A stretch of 64,000 nucleotides of DNA from positions 46,446-110,445 of the IMG/VR virus record IMGVR_UViG_3300028833_000055, one strand, 5' to 3'. The first letter of the stretch is position 1, and each line of letters opens with the position of its first letter. This DNA comes from a virus. Its lineage: Duplodnaviria > Heunggongvirae > Uroviricota > Caudoviricetes. Both the position numbers and the translations under genes were made by a program. Shown one piece after another: positions 9,576-19,715 of this stretch. The notes under the pieces were generated by a model that saw nothing but the letters and a program-made list of their open reading frames with translations, was not told the origin of the DNA and searched no databases.

Positions 9576-12542
9576 TTAATTCATATCTGCATAATCAATA
9601 TCATAAGTTTCACCAACAAAATTGATATAATCAGCCAAATTCTGTCTTATCGGTTCATCTTCGGGATATTCTTCACTTCTTATTTTAAGAATATTGGACA
9701 CAATATCAGTATGAAGTTTTATCAAATGGTCCGAACTCAGTTCACCATATGCTTTGTCAAGGTTTTTCGCCATTTGTAAAAACATTTCACCTATTTCCGG
9801 TGTTCCTTTTGCAACAGTACTTCTTTTGTATTTTGACATAATGTAGTTTTCAACAGACTTCACTGCTTCCGTAACGTGATATACGGTCGTGTCTATATCT
9901 ACCGGACCTTCAAATAAAGATTTTGTCGAAGGTCTAGATGAACCAAGTTTCCTGATTCTATCCATATAAGTACAATATTCATCGGCTATCGGTAATCCAA
10001 TTGTTGCAATGGCTTGTTTTTTCAATAAACCTGGGTCAATTTCAAGAATACTATCCAAATCAAATTTGACAAGCATATCGTGAACCCAAGACATTAAATT
10101 TGACCAAGAACGTGGTGATGCAAAAATCATTTTATTTTCCGAACCAAGTTCGTGGAACTTTTCTGGGTCTAAATCGTGCCACCTTCTATATACTCTTGTT
10201 TTACTTAATCTACCTTTTTTACCGATTGTTTCTACATCTTCAAAATTGTCTGGTGAATCGAATGAAATAAATTGCAATGTATCTTCATCAAAATAACCAC
10301 TTTCTCTTGCCCATTTAGACCAAACTGCAAAATCTGGAACAAAATTAAATGCACCACCAGATATTCTGTTACCAAACGCTGGAGCAAGTTTTGCAAAACG
10401 CTTTTTAACTTCATCGTCATCACAAGGTCTATTTGAACAAGCTATAATAGACCACTTTGAACCAATTCTATATCCACCAGAAGTTTGTCTTTTTGTTATT
10501 AACTGCATAATTGTTTTGAACAATTCGTCATCAGCACGTAAAAATTCATCAAACATTATTATACCGCCTTCATAAGTTGCTTCATCAACCGGTTCAAATT
10601 CTTCAAATGCATCATTCCAAACCATATCCTCAACATAATATGTATTGGCATATAAGTTTTTTGCTCTATTGACTTTTATATCGGTACTTGGTTTATAAAC
10701 AGGAAGCCAAGTTTTTGGAGATTCTTCTGTTTGTAGAATACGAACTTTTTCCAAATTTGCAATGTCTGTACTATCAAAACCTAATTCCACCAATTTTTTA
10801 GCAAGACCACTTTTCTCTCCTATAACTTTATCCATAGTTGTATCATCTGGCATAGGAAGATAAAGACCACCTAATTCCAAATCACCACATTCAATAACAA
10901 TAACCGATTTCTTTTTATTTGGATTCGACTTATTGTATTCTTTAATGATTTCTTGAGGTATTGTTGTCTTACCAATACCCGGTGCTCCAAAAATAAATGT
11001 TGCTCTTGAAGATTTTCTACCTGTTGTGGAAGGATTATCTTCCATAATGGATTTCACCATTGTTTCAAAATCTTCACTTGAAATATCTGGAATATTATCA
11101 AGAAAACTTCCCTTTGCCGAAAGAGGAACTCTTGCTTCTTCTACCGCACTAAGTTTATATCCATCATCAAACGCCAAATCTGGATTTGCCATCATATCAA
11201 TCCATTTCAAAAAGTTTTTATATTCTTGTGATTTTTTGTCGATAAAATCATAAAAACCTTTTTTCTTATCGAGATATGCGGTTGATTCAACATTTTTATT
11301 AAGTAATGGTGAATCAATCTTTGTGAATGCACTAACACCTTTCACATTACCTCCGGCAAGATAATTAAGTGTCGTATAGACATTGGTCTCATCTTTCATT
11401 TCACCATCTTTTGTGAAAGTTGCAACATAGAAGTTATTGAGTTTTATCATAAAAGAATTTATCTTCTGTTTAATTTTCTTAACACCTCTCTTCACACCGC
11501 TTTTAATGGTGTCATATAGACCTTCGTTTACAAATTCGTCTATTGTTAAAACGTGTTTATTTTCTTTCATAGTTTTTGTTTTTGTTTTTTTATCCAATTC
11601 ATCGAGTTCTTTTAATTTTTTTAAAATTCTTTCATTTTTTGTTGCGTTTATATCAACAAGACGAGCACCTATTTTTGGTAACTCTGCACTTTCCCATCTT
11701 TTGACAACTCTATGTCTTCCGGTCTCAACACCAGTTTTAGGGTCAATCTCGGGTTCTATTTTTGCATGTCCACGTTCGTCAAATACTGTTACGAGAACTT
11801 TACCGGGATTCCATCCGGAAATATCGTGTGAAAACCTAGATTCGGTAAACATATTTTTAAAATTTATACACGAACTAACATCCCAATTTTCTATTGATGG
11901 ATTGTCGAATGTTGATTTATAAAACATACCTTCCATATTCTTGACATTAGAAACATCCCAACTAGATAAATCCAAATTAGGAATGTTTGCAAATGCAAAC
12001 AATGCCGCCATATTCTCAACATTGGATGTATCAAGAAGACAAATCATAGGATTTGTTTGTTCGTTTTCTTTATTGTCTTCAGAAATACATCTATTATACC
12101 AGGCATTTACAACAACGAATATATTATGTTCATAATCCTTACCATTATTTACATAATATCTTCCCCTTATCTTGGAGACTATTTCCTTTTCTTCACTAGA
12201 TGGAACAAGAGTAACTGGTTCTGGTTCAATTTCCAAATCGTCGTCTACTTCAAACCCTTCTCCCTCATCATCGTCATCGTCGATTTCATCACCGGTTTTA
12301 TCGTCAATTTCATCTTTTACTTTTTCGATTCCTGGTTCTTTTTTAACGACTTTCATCCCCTCATCCAATTTACAATATTCACTTAAATCTATAGACTCAT
12401 TTAATTCTATAAGATTTTCGTTTTTTTCGAACCATTCATCAAACATCAGAAGAAACTCTTTATTACTAAGGTTAGGATATTTTTTATTTGTTTCGTTAAC
12501 CCAATTCCTAACATCTTTACTGAAAAATTGTTCTTTTGTCAT
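9576..12542 (-). CDS. MoxR/AAA_5-like AAA+ ATPase with N-terminal acidic region and DUF285 repeats
   Basis: GAPGIGKT, IIMFDEFLRA, ACSNRP, LAPAFGNR, SPRSW; LSSWDVSNVKNMEGMF repeats in the N-terminal third. Confidence 0.8.
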   Translation of the reverse strand: MTKEQFFSKDVRNWVNETNKKYPNLSNKEFLLMFDEWFEKNENLIELNESIDLSEYCKLDEGMKVVKKEPGIEKVKDEIDDKTGDEIDDDDDEGEGFEVDDDLEIEPEPVTLVPSSEEKEIVSKIRGRYYVNNGKDYEHNIFVVVNAWYNRCISEDNKENEQTNPMICLLDTSNVENMAALFAFANIPNLDLSSWDVSNVKNMEGMFYKSTFDNPSIENWDVSSCINFKNMFTESRFSHDISGWNPGKVLVTVFDERGHAKIEPEIDPKTGVETGRHRVVKRWESAELPKIGARLVDINATKNERILKKLKELDELDKKTKTKTMKENKHVLTIDEFVNEGLYDTIKSGVKRGVKKIKQKINSFMIKLNNFYVATFTKDGEMKDETNVYTTLNYLAGGNVKGVSAFTKIDSPLLNKNVESTAYLDKKKGFYDFIDKKSQEYKNFLKWIDMMANPDLAFDDGYKLSAVEEARVPLSAKGSFLDNIPDISSEDFETMVKSIMEDNPSTTGRKSSRATFIFGAPGIGKTTIPQEIIKEYNKSNPNKKKSVIVIECGDLELGGLYLPMPDDTTMDKVIGEKSGLAKKLVELGFDSTDIANLEKVRILQTEESPKTWLPVYKPSTDIKVNRAKNLYANTYYVEDMVWNDAFEEFEPVDEATYEGGIIMFDEFLRADDELFKTIMQLITKRQTSGGYRIGSKWSIIACSNRPCDDDEVKKRFAKLAPAFGNRISGGAFNFVPDFAVWSKWARESGYFDEDTLQFISFDSPDNFEDVETIGKKGRLSKTRVYRRWHDLDPEKFHELGSENKMIFASPRSWSNLMSWVHDMLVKFDLDSILEIDPGLLKKQAIATIGLPIADEYCTYMDRIRKLGSSRPSTKSLFEGPVDIDTTVYHVTEAVKSVENYIMSKYKRSTVAKGTPEIGEMFLQMAKNLDKAYGELSSDHLIKLHTDIVSNILKIRSEEYPEDEPIRQNLADYINFVGETYDIDYADMN

Positions 12543-12555
12543 ATATTAAAATTTT

Positions 12556-14568
12556 TTATTTATCTCTTGTTGCATCAATCTTCATATTTCCGAGAATTTT
12601 TTCTCTCCATCTTTTTTGTCCAAAGAACAAATATTCCCTGATATTTTTAATGATACCCCAATTCATCAATCCATATATCTCGTATTCGGTATTATAGTTA
12701 CCCTCTATAACATCATCAATCATATTCAAAACTTCTTCTAGATTATAATCTGGAATTGAAGATTCTGTTGGTAAAAGTTTTAAATCATTTGGTATACTTT
12801 CATCGTTCATATCACTAACGATTTTTCTTCTTAACCAATACCAGACAACTTTTCTTGTAGGACTGATGTCTATTGGTTCCATTCTCCTTTGTAAAGCACC
12901 CCAGTGGTCTTTTGCAGTTTTTATAAATGTTGTTAATGTCTGATTAGATATATATACGATAATACCATTAAAATAGAATCCGTCCGGTATCAAGACTTTT
13001 GCATTTTCTTCTTCAAATTTTTCAAAGTCTCTTAATGCAGTTTCTTTGACACTCTCGTCACTTATCATCGCTTCCCATTCTGGAGATGTTCTTGAAAGTT
13101 TTTCTTTTTTTCTATAATAATCACGAATTTCACTCTCTTTCTTTTTTAACCATCTTTCCTTTTCATATGGTGTAAATTTACCAACTTCTCTGAAATATGA
13201 TTCTTGTCTTGTTACATCGGCCTTCTGTGCGGCATAATATATATCACTTTTTCCTCTAACTTCACCATCGGGTGATACAATCCAGCGTTTCTTTTCTTCT
13301 GCCTCCATTGCACCTTTCCACAAAGAAATTTTCGATTCTGTATTGAACATTTCTGGTGTATCATCATAAATCAGCAACATATTATTATTTTCGTACAATT
13401 CTTTATAGACCTCTCTTGCACTTGTAGTTGCATTACCCATCCTCTTATAATGAACACCGTTAATAAGACCCGTATCTACTATTGCCTTATCCAATGAATA
13501 AGATTTACCTATACCAGCGACACCTGTGATAAGTAAACCCCTATGTGTACCAATTTCTCTTCTAATCGAAATATCCCTACCACCACTCTTAATATATTTA
13601 CAAATCGCTTCCGATGCATCATAAACAGAGTCCATTTTTTCTTGTAATTCATCAACTCTTTTTTCCACAATGCCTTTGGCTTCTTTGACGACGTGTCCTC
13701 GTCCAGCTATAACTTCAACCGCTATTTCACCAGATGCACCAGCACCCCAGAACCAAAGGTTAGGTAATTTTGATGCGATTGCCGCTGGCGCATCACCAAC
13801 ATTACCACATATAACAAAATGTATAAAGACAACAAATCTCATTGCCGATACATAGTCGATTGTTCCATCGTGTTTTTTACCAATAACCGCTCTTACCGTT
13901 TCAAGATATTCATCATCCTCTTCCAAATCTTGAATCTTTAAAACGATTTCATTATCCGTTTTATCATTATAATTTTTAATAAATTCTTCCATAAGGTCTT
14001 GGTTGAACTTATCGACAGAAGCAGAATCATCATAAAGATTTTTATAAATCTTTTGCCAAGCTATTGCTTTATATGGTACGGGTGCCGTAACCTCTTCATT
14101 TAAACCAGCATTCGTATTATCAAGAGTTAAAATGGAAATCAATGTACTCACAGCTTTTGTTATTCCGAACTTACTTGTTGAAACGGAAAATTCAGACTTT
14201 AAGTCTGGAAAATCTGCTGGATTTTTTGTAAAAAATGTAATAACTTTATTGATACCTTCTTTATATATAGCAAAATATTTAGTACCGCTTTCAGAAGAAA
14301 TCAACGAACAGTCTTTACCGTCAATTTTGAAAACAAAAGGAGAAACCAAAAAATTATCATTTATATTTTTTCTTAAATTATTAAGTACAAGAAGTGTCAT
14401 TTTTGAAAGAATTTTGTTATCATAAACCATTTCCAAATCTGGTTCACCATAAGTTTCCAATTCTTTCTGTTCCACTGAATCAAGAACAACATCGTTTCCA
14501 AAACTTTCGTTGCTCTCCATAATTCTGGAAGTTCCTCTATTCAAAAAACTGTTAAAACTTTCAATCAT
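12556..14568 (-). CDS. P-loop AAA-like ATPase with unknown N-terminal domain
   Basis: LLITGVAGIGKS, LLIYDD, IVYISN, ALQRR; start moved to MIESF (14568) because the ATG at 14592 abuts the promoter motif. Confidence 0.7.
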   Translation of the reverse strand: MIESFNSFLNRGTSRIMESNESFGNDVVLDSVEQKELETYGEPDLEMVYDNKILSKMTLLVLNNLRKNINDNFLVSPFVFKIDGKDCSLISSESGTKYFAIYKEGINKVITFFTKNPADFPDLKSEFSVSTSKFGITKAVSTLISILTLDNTNAGLNEEVTAPVPYKAIAWQKIYKNLYDDSASVDKFNQDLMEEFIKNYNDKTDNEIVLKIQDLEEDDEYLETVRAVIGKKHDGTIDYVSAMRFVVFIHFVICGNVGDAPAAIASKLPNLWFWGAGASGEIAVEVIAGRGHVVKEAKGIVEKRVDELQEKMDSVYDASEAICKYIKSGGRDISIRREIGTHRGLLITGVAGIGKSYSLDKAIVDTGLINGVHYKRMGNATTSAREVYKELYENNNMLLIYDDTPEMFNTESKISLWKGAMEAEEKKRWIVSPDGEVRGKSDIYYAAQKADVTRQESYFREVGKFTPYEKERWLKKKESEIRDYYRKKEKLSRTSPEWEAMISDESVKETALRDFEKFEEENAKVLIPDGFYFNGIIVYISNQTLTTFIKTAKDHWGALQRRMEPIDISPTRKVVWYWLRRKIVSDMNDESIPNDLKLLPTESSIPDYNLEEVLNMIDDVIEGNYNTEYEIYGLMNWGIIKNIREYLFFGQKRWREKILGNMKIDATRDK

Positions 14569-14595
14569 ATTTTTATGTTTTATTTTATACATAAT

Positions 14596-14603
14596 TATTT
14601 ATG
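14596..14603 (-). promoter_or_regulatory. late-type promoter CATAAATA
   Basis: Recurrent motif directly upstream of the ATPase pair. Confidence 0.6.
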
Positions 14604-14612
14604 AAAACACTT

Positions 14613-16259
14613 TCAGCATTTATTCAAATGACTGAAAGTGTCTTTCTTCGTGGTTTCAAAAACATTGTCAAACATAATATTCTCCAATCTAGCGTGATGT
14701 ATGAGGAATATGTTGAGTTTTAACTCTTCGCCCAGTTCCTTCAACAGTTGGAGCATATCCGACACACCGTCTATGTCTATGTTACTGAAAAGTTCGTCTA
14801 TGAAAAGCAGGTTTAATTCACCATATTGTAATTTCAATAGTTTCACAAAACTTATTATGGTGGCGAAATCGACCCTTTTCTTCTCACCCATACTCAAAGT
14901 GTTGTATCCGACCTTCATACCGTTCTGCATAATCGTAGTGTTGAAACTATTGTCGAACACAACGGAATATGGGAGATTCATAAATTCTATCGTTGATGCT
15001 ATTATACTATTAAGGTCTTTTATATAGGATTTTGCTATCCTCTGTTTTATTCCGTTTTCGTCACCGAGAAGTTTAAGGAGTATGGCGTATTCCGTCCTTT
15101 TCTCTGTAAGGGTGTTCTGTTCATCCGTAAGCTTTATTATGTCCTTTTCAATTTGTTCCTTTGTTCTCAAAAGGGGGTCTATCTTCTCCCCGTTTATCAT
15201 CATCTTACTTTTGAGGTCGGACTTCAGTTCCAGTATTTCAGACCTTTTACTATTGTTCTTAAACTTCAATATATTGCTGTCAAGGAGTTTTATCTTCTTA
15301 ACGGTATCCTCTATTATAGTGTTCACCTTCCAGATTGTGTCTTCACATTCACCCCTCTCTTCAACGAGGTTCTGTCTTTCCTTTACAAATTCCTCCGTTT
15401 CAAGGGAACTTCCACAAGTGGGACATCTTCCGGAATCAATAAGGGCTATCTTTTCGTCTATCTCTGAAATCCGTTTTCTGGCACTTTTTATGTCACCGTT
15501 GTTCTCGATGGCGTTTTTCTTCATCTCATCGAGTTTGGTCTGGAGTTTCTCGATATTTTTATCGTTAATCCTCTCACTCTCCTCGTTCTCGTTTATCTTT
15601 CTTGAAAGTTCATCAAGTTCATCCTGTGTCACGGAGTTGTTCTTCAACTCTTCAATCTGTTGTAGAATCCTCTCCTTTGAACTACTGTTTGTCTTCAACG
15701 AACCTGATTTCTCGGAAATCTCACCGTCGAGGTATTTGACATCCTCCTTCACCATCTTCAACATATCGTTGAAAATGGTGAACCCGAAAATACGGTCTAT
15801 AATGTTCCTCTTGTCCGCTGCACTCAGATTGACAAGAGACTTGAAATCGTTTATCGAAAGGACGATTATGTTCTTGAATACGGAATAGGGGATACGGAAA
15901 TAGTTCTCCTCCAACATAGACTGGACATTGTTCTTTCCGGCTGTGTCTATTTCATTTCCGTCTATCGTAACCTTGAACATCGACGGTGCAAGACCACGCT
16001 CTATTATTACTTCGTGTCCGTCACAGTCAAGTTCAAGTTTACCATAGAAGTTCTTGTTTGTCCTGTTGGGGATTTCAGATGAAGTGAACCCTTCAATCTT
16101 ACCGTACATCAGATATGTTATACATTCTGAAATACTGGTCTTTCCGGTTCCGTTTGAACCCACTATCAAGTTCAGGCACGCTTCATCTGAAAAGTCAAGT
16201 TCTGTCATCGCATTGGAATACGACTTGAAATTTTTCCAGCACAGTTTCTTTAATTTCAT
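14613..16259 (-). CDS. gp46: Rad50/SbcC-like recombination ATPase (T4 gp46-like)
   Basis: NFKSY, GSNGTGKTS, coiled coil with CPTCG hook, LSMGEKKR signature, LFIDE. Confidence 0.9.
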   Translation of the reverse strand: MKLKKLCWKNFKSYSNAMTELDFSDEACLNLIVGSNGTGKTSISECITYLMYGKIEGFTSSEIPNRTNKNFYGKLELDCDGHEVIIERGLAPSMFKVTIDGNEIDTAGKNNVQSMLEENYFRIPYSVFKNIIVLSINDFKSLVNLSAADKRNIIDRIFGFTIFNDMLKMVKEDVKYLDGEISEKSGSLKTNSSSKERILQQIEELKNNSVTQDELDELSRKINENEESERINDKNIEKLQTKLDEMKKNAIENNGDIKSARKRISEIDEKIALIDSGRCPTCGSSLETEEFVKERQNLVEERGECEDTIWKVNTIIEDTVKKIKLLDSNILKFKNNSKRSEILELKSDLKSKMMINGEKIDPLLRTKEQIEKDIIKLTDEQNTLTEKRTEYAILLKLLGDENGIKQRIAKSYIKDLNSIIASTIEFMNLPYSVVFDNSFNTTIMQNGMKVGYNTLSMGEKKRVDFATIISFVKLLKLQYGELNLLFIDELFSNIDIDGVSDMLQLLKELGEELKLNIFLIHHARLENIMFDNVFETTKKDTFSHLNKC

Positions 16260-16642
16260 AACACAATTCCCTCTTCTGATGTAATGAATGAAATCTTATC
16301 ACCCATTATACTAGAATAATATTCATAAGTTTTAAGTTCCTCCTCATTCATACCAGGTGTAACAATAAACACCCTGTCTATATTGACGAGTGAAGTTATG
16401 ACAATCTGCTCGTATACATCAAGAAGATTTTCGTCAATATCACCCGTAAGGAACTGAAGGACACATCCGTCATACACAACATTGTTCCTCTTGTTCTGTC
16501 CATATGTCTCCTTCGCCATATCGACTATGCCGTGTACTTCACCTATTTTCGGTTTCACCGCTTCCGTTTTAAGAAACCTGTTCAACCTCCTGATGACTCT
16601 TTCAACCACCTCTCTGTCCTTGCCAAATACTGCTACCTTCAT
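16256..16642 (-). CDS. hypothetical protein
   Basis: 128-aa ORF overlapping the gp46 start by 4 nt. Confidence 0.7.
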   Translation of the reverse strand: MKVAVFGKDREVVERVIRRLNRFLKTEAVKPKIGEVHGIVDMAKETYGQNKRNNVVYDGCVLQFLTGDIDENLLDVYEQIVITSLVNIDRVFIVTPGMNEEELKTYEYYSSIMGDKISFITSEEGIVL

Positions 16643-16658
16643 AATCTTATTCCTTAAA

Positions 16659-18611
16659 TTACCTTAATGTTATTTTATCGTTTTCAATTACCGCTTCAAG
16701 GATATCCTCCTTCTTTCCAAGTATCTTGGATTCATTGACCACAAGGTTGGCGACCTCTTCCTCTATCTCCTGTTCAAGAAGTCTTATAATCGGTCTTGCA
16801 CCATTGTGTTCCTCCTCCACCTTGTTTAATATCCAGTTTTCCACTTCGTCACTCAATACAATATCCTTGTGGATTATATTTCTGATATTGACGTTCATTT
16901 CCTTCATTTCCTTCTGTAAGATTTTCTTCAAAACATCACGACCTAGATTATTGAAATAACATACGGAGTCAAGTCTGTTCAAAAATTCCGGAGAGAACCT
17001 CTTGGCGAGAGCCTTCCTCATAATACTCTCCTCCTTCTTGTTCTTCAATTCCTCGTAATTTTCGGTGAAACCCATAGGATTGGAGAGTTCCTTCGCCGAC
17101 TTTACTCCGATATTCGATGTAAAGATTATGAGAGCCTTGCTTCCATCCACCTTCACGCCATCGGAACCGGTTATACTACCTTCATCGAGAAGCTGTAACA
17201 AGACATCGTAAATCTTCGGATGTGCCTTTTCAATCTCATCGAAAAGACATACACATTCGGGTTTTTTGGACAGACCCTTGACAAGAAGACCACTCTCCTT
17301 GTATCCGACATAACCGGGGGCGGAGCCGAGAAGTTTAGAAACATCGACTTCCGACTGAAATTCGGACATATCGAACCTTATTATATTCTCTTCACTGCCA
17401 AAAAGGTTCTTGGCGAGAGACTTTGCAAAGGCCGTCTTTCCGACACCGGTAGAGCCTATGAACATATAGTTGCCGGCCGAATGTGCCTTCTTTCTCAATC
17501 CGAGACGGTTTCTCCTTATGTTCTTCACAATCTTGTCGATAGTTTCATCCTGTCCTATGATATCCTTCCTTATTTCATCCGGAAGGTTTCTCAAAAATTC
17601 GGTCTTGTCTTTCGAAAGTTTTGTCATAGGAACATTTACTATGAATCCTATCGCTTCAAGAACATCATTTTCCGTAACCTTGACTTTCCTTTTGTTCCTG
17701 TTCAACTGCTTTATTTTATCTTCTATAACTTCCGATTGATTATTAAGTTCCTTAAACTTGTGATAATCACCTTTTTGAGCATAAACACTCATTTCATTCC
17801 TCAATTTGGAGTTTTCCATTGCCAGTTCTTCCGCCTTTCTGCTCCCCGCTCTTTTGTTACGGTACAGATATGAACAAACCTCTTCGAGAAGGTCTTCCCC
17901 TTTCTTCGGGAACGGGAATCTCTTTATGTACTTGTCTGCGTTTTCACACACCATTTCACAGACTCCTTCCGGAAATATTATCTTGTACTCGTCTTCGAAA
18001 TACGGGATTAAATCCGTGAGGATTTCACAAGTCTGCTCTTTATTGAGTTCAACTGGTCTTATTATGGTGAAATAGTCGAGAACTTTCTTGAAATGCTTGT
18101 CAAGTTCGTTGTACTCGTCGTTAGTGGCCGTTGAAATAACCCTCAAACCTTCATATTCTATGTGTTTCAAGAACTCGTTCAAGAAAATATACCCTCCGTT
18201 TTCAAAACAGTTGGTGTTTATCACGTGTCCGAGATTTTCCACGAATATTATATTGTCCCATCTCTCGTCCGTCTGAACATACCTGAACACTTCCTTCAAA
18301 CCCTCAACATAGTCCTTCTTGCTGTTGACATAGTTCATAATGGTCGTGAAGTCAAAATGTATCACCCTGAAAGACGGATTTTTCTCAACGAAAGCCTCGA
18401 TTATGCTTCTTTTTCCACAACCGTAGTCACCCACGAGAAGCACGGACTTGTTGTTGCACTTGTCCATTATGTTACGGATTCTCTCTATTTCATTGTCCCT
18501 GAATTTCACTTCAAAATCCGACCTCTGGACAATATCACCTATATAAAGTTCAATCTTTTGATTTTCACCTTCTTTTGAATTCGGTTTTATTTCCCTATAA
18601 ATTTCACCCAT
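16659..18611 (-). CDS. ClpC/ClpA-like Hsp100 ATPase lacking the N-domain
   Basis: D2 motifs GSTGVGKT, RFDMSEF, GSAPGYVGY, LFDEIEKAHP, PEFLNRLD, GARP; degenerate D1. Confidence 0.9.
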   Translation of the reverse strand: MGEIYREIKPNSKEGENQKIELYIGDIVQRSDFEVKFRDNEIERIRNIMDKCNNKSVLLVGDYGCGKRSIIEAFVEKNPSFRVIHFDFTTIMNYVNSKKDYVEGLKEVFRYVQTDERWDNIIFVENLGHVINTNCFENGGYIFLNEFLKHIEYEGLRVISTATNDEYNELDKHFKKVLDYFTIIRPVELNKEQTCEILTDLIPYFEDEYKIIFPEGVCEMVCENADKYIKRFPFPKKGEDLLEEVCSYLYRNKRAGSRKAEELAMENSKLRNEMSVYAQKGDYHKFKELNNQSEVIEDKIKQLNRNKRKVKVTENDVLEAIGFIVNVPMTKLSKDKTEFLRNLPDEIRKDIIGQDETIDKIVKNIRRNRLGLRKKAHSAGNYMFIGSTGVGKTAFAKSLAKNLFGSEENIIRFDMSEFQSEVDVSKLLGSAPGYVGYKESGLLVKGLSKKPECVCLFDEIEKAHPKIYDVLLQLLDEGSITGSDGVKVDGSKALIIFTSNIGVKSAKELSNPMGFTENYEELKNKKEESIMRKALAKRFSPEFLNRLDSVCYFNNLGRDVLKKILQKEMKEMNVNIRNIIHKDIVLSDEVENWILNKVEEEHNGARPIIRLLEQEIEEEVANLVVNESKILGKKEDILEAVIENDKITLR

Positions 18612-18633
18612 CTTGAATATTTAAGATTAAAAA

Positions 18634-19599
18634 TTACTTCTGAATTTCCTGCTGAAGTTCGTATATGTTGGCGAGAAGCACAATGACCGGGTCTATGCAC
18701 TGCTTCAAGTTCATCTGATACTTTGCGTTAAGTATGGCGATGACAGGTATCCTTCCGACCACATTCGGTCTGTTTTTCAAGATATACTGTACAAACGGAT
18801 TACCAAGAGCCGATATGGCGTCATCCACACAGTTGGAATAGTTCTTCATAACGAACTTGTAGTTTTCAACGGGGTTGTCCTTTGTAAGTACCATATCGTA
18901 GAGTTCTGCATATTCACTTACATTATCCTTTACATCATCAACGTCAATGGTCTCCTTACCTTCCAGCTTGTATCTCTGCAAATGGTTGACTATCGAGCGG
19001 AAATCCGGAAAATATGTCTGAACCATCTTCAATGCGGCCTCCTTTGTGATTTTGAGACCTTCCTTCGAGCATATTTCACACACTCTCTTGAACTGTCCGA
19101 TTTTTATCTCCTTCATCTCCTCGTTGGTGAAATTGAAGTCGATAACTTGGAAACGAGACTGTATGGGGTCCGGAATCTTTTCGAGATAGTTACAAGTACC
19201 GATAAAACGAGTGTTCTTCGCACATTTCTCCATAGTGGCACGGAGGGCGTTGTACGCCTGCTGGCTCATACCGTCCATCTCATCCATAATGACAACCTTT
19301 ATGGGATTGTCGTAATGGATTACTGAAGTGTTCATAGCGAAGTCCATAATCGTATCCCTGATGGTATCGACACCGGTTGTCTCCGACATATTAAGATAAA
19401 GGGTGTTGTGTTTGAACTCCTTTGTAATCGCCTTTGCCGCCGATGTTTTTCCGATACCCGCCGTACCGTGAAGAAGGATTGACTGAACCACTCCGTTTTT
19501 CAACATTTCACTCACCCGCTTCGGAACAATGAGTTCCTTTATGCAAGTTGGTCTGTACTTCTCTGTCCAGAGAATCGTATCAATATTGTTTACTGACAT
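18634..19599 (-). CDS. gp44: sliding-clamp loader ATPase subunit (T4 gp44/RFC-like)
   Basis: LWTEKYRP, GTAGIGKTS, IMDEMD, IQSRF, YFPDFR. Confidence 0.9.
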   Translation of the reverse strand: MSVNNIDTILWTEKYRPTCIKELIVPKRVSEMLKNGVVQSILLHGTAGIGKTSAAKAITKEFKHNTLYLNMSETTGVDTIRDTIMDFAMNTSVIHYDNPIKVVIMDEMDGMSQQAYNALRATMEKCAKNTRFIGTCNYLEKIPDPIQSRFQVIDFNFTNEEMKEIKIGQFKRVCEICSKEGLKITKEAALKMVQTYFPDFRSIVNHLQRYKLEGKETIDVDDVKDNVSEYAELYDMVLTKDNPVENYKFVMKNYSNCVDDAISALGNPFVQYILKNRPNVVGRIPVIAILNAKYQMNLKQCIDPVIVLLANIYELQQEIQK

Positions 19600-19684
19600 A
19601 TATTATAATTTTTAAATCTTATAATCTAAATATAACAAAACAAAATCCCCATAAATACAATATGATAAAAAAGATTATGATTTT

Positions 19685-19715
19685 AAAAAGGGTGTCCGTC
19701 AAGACACCCTTTTTT
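19685..19715. terminator. intrinsic terminator
   Basis: aaaaagggtgtc-cgtcaa-gacaccctttttt. Confidence 0.8.
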
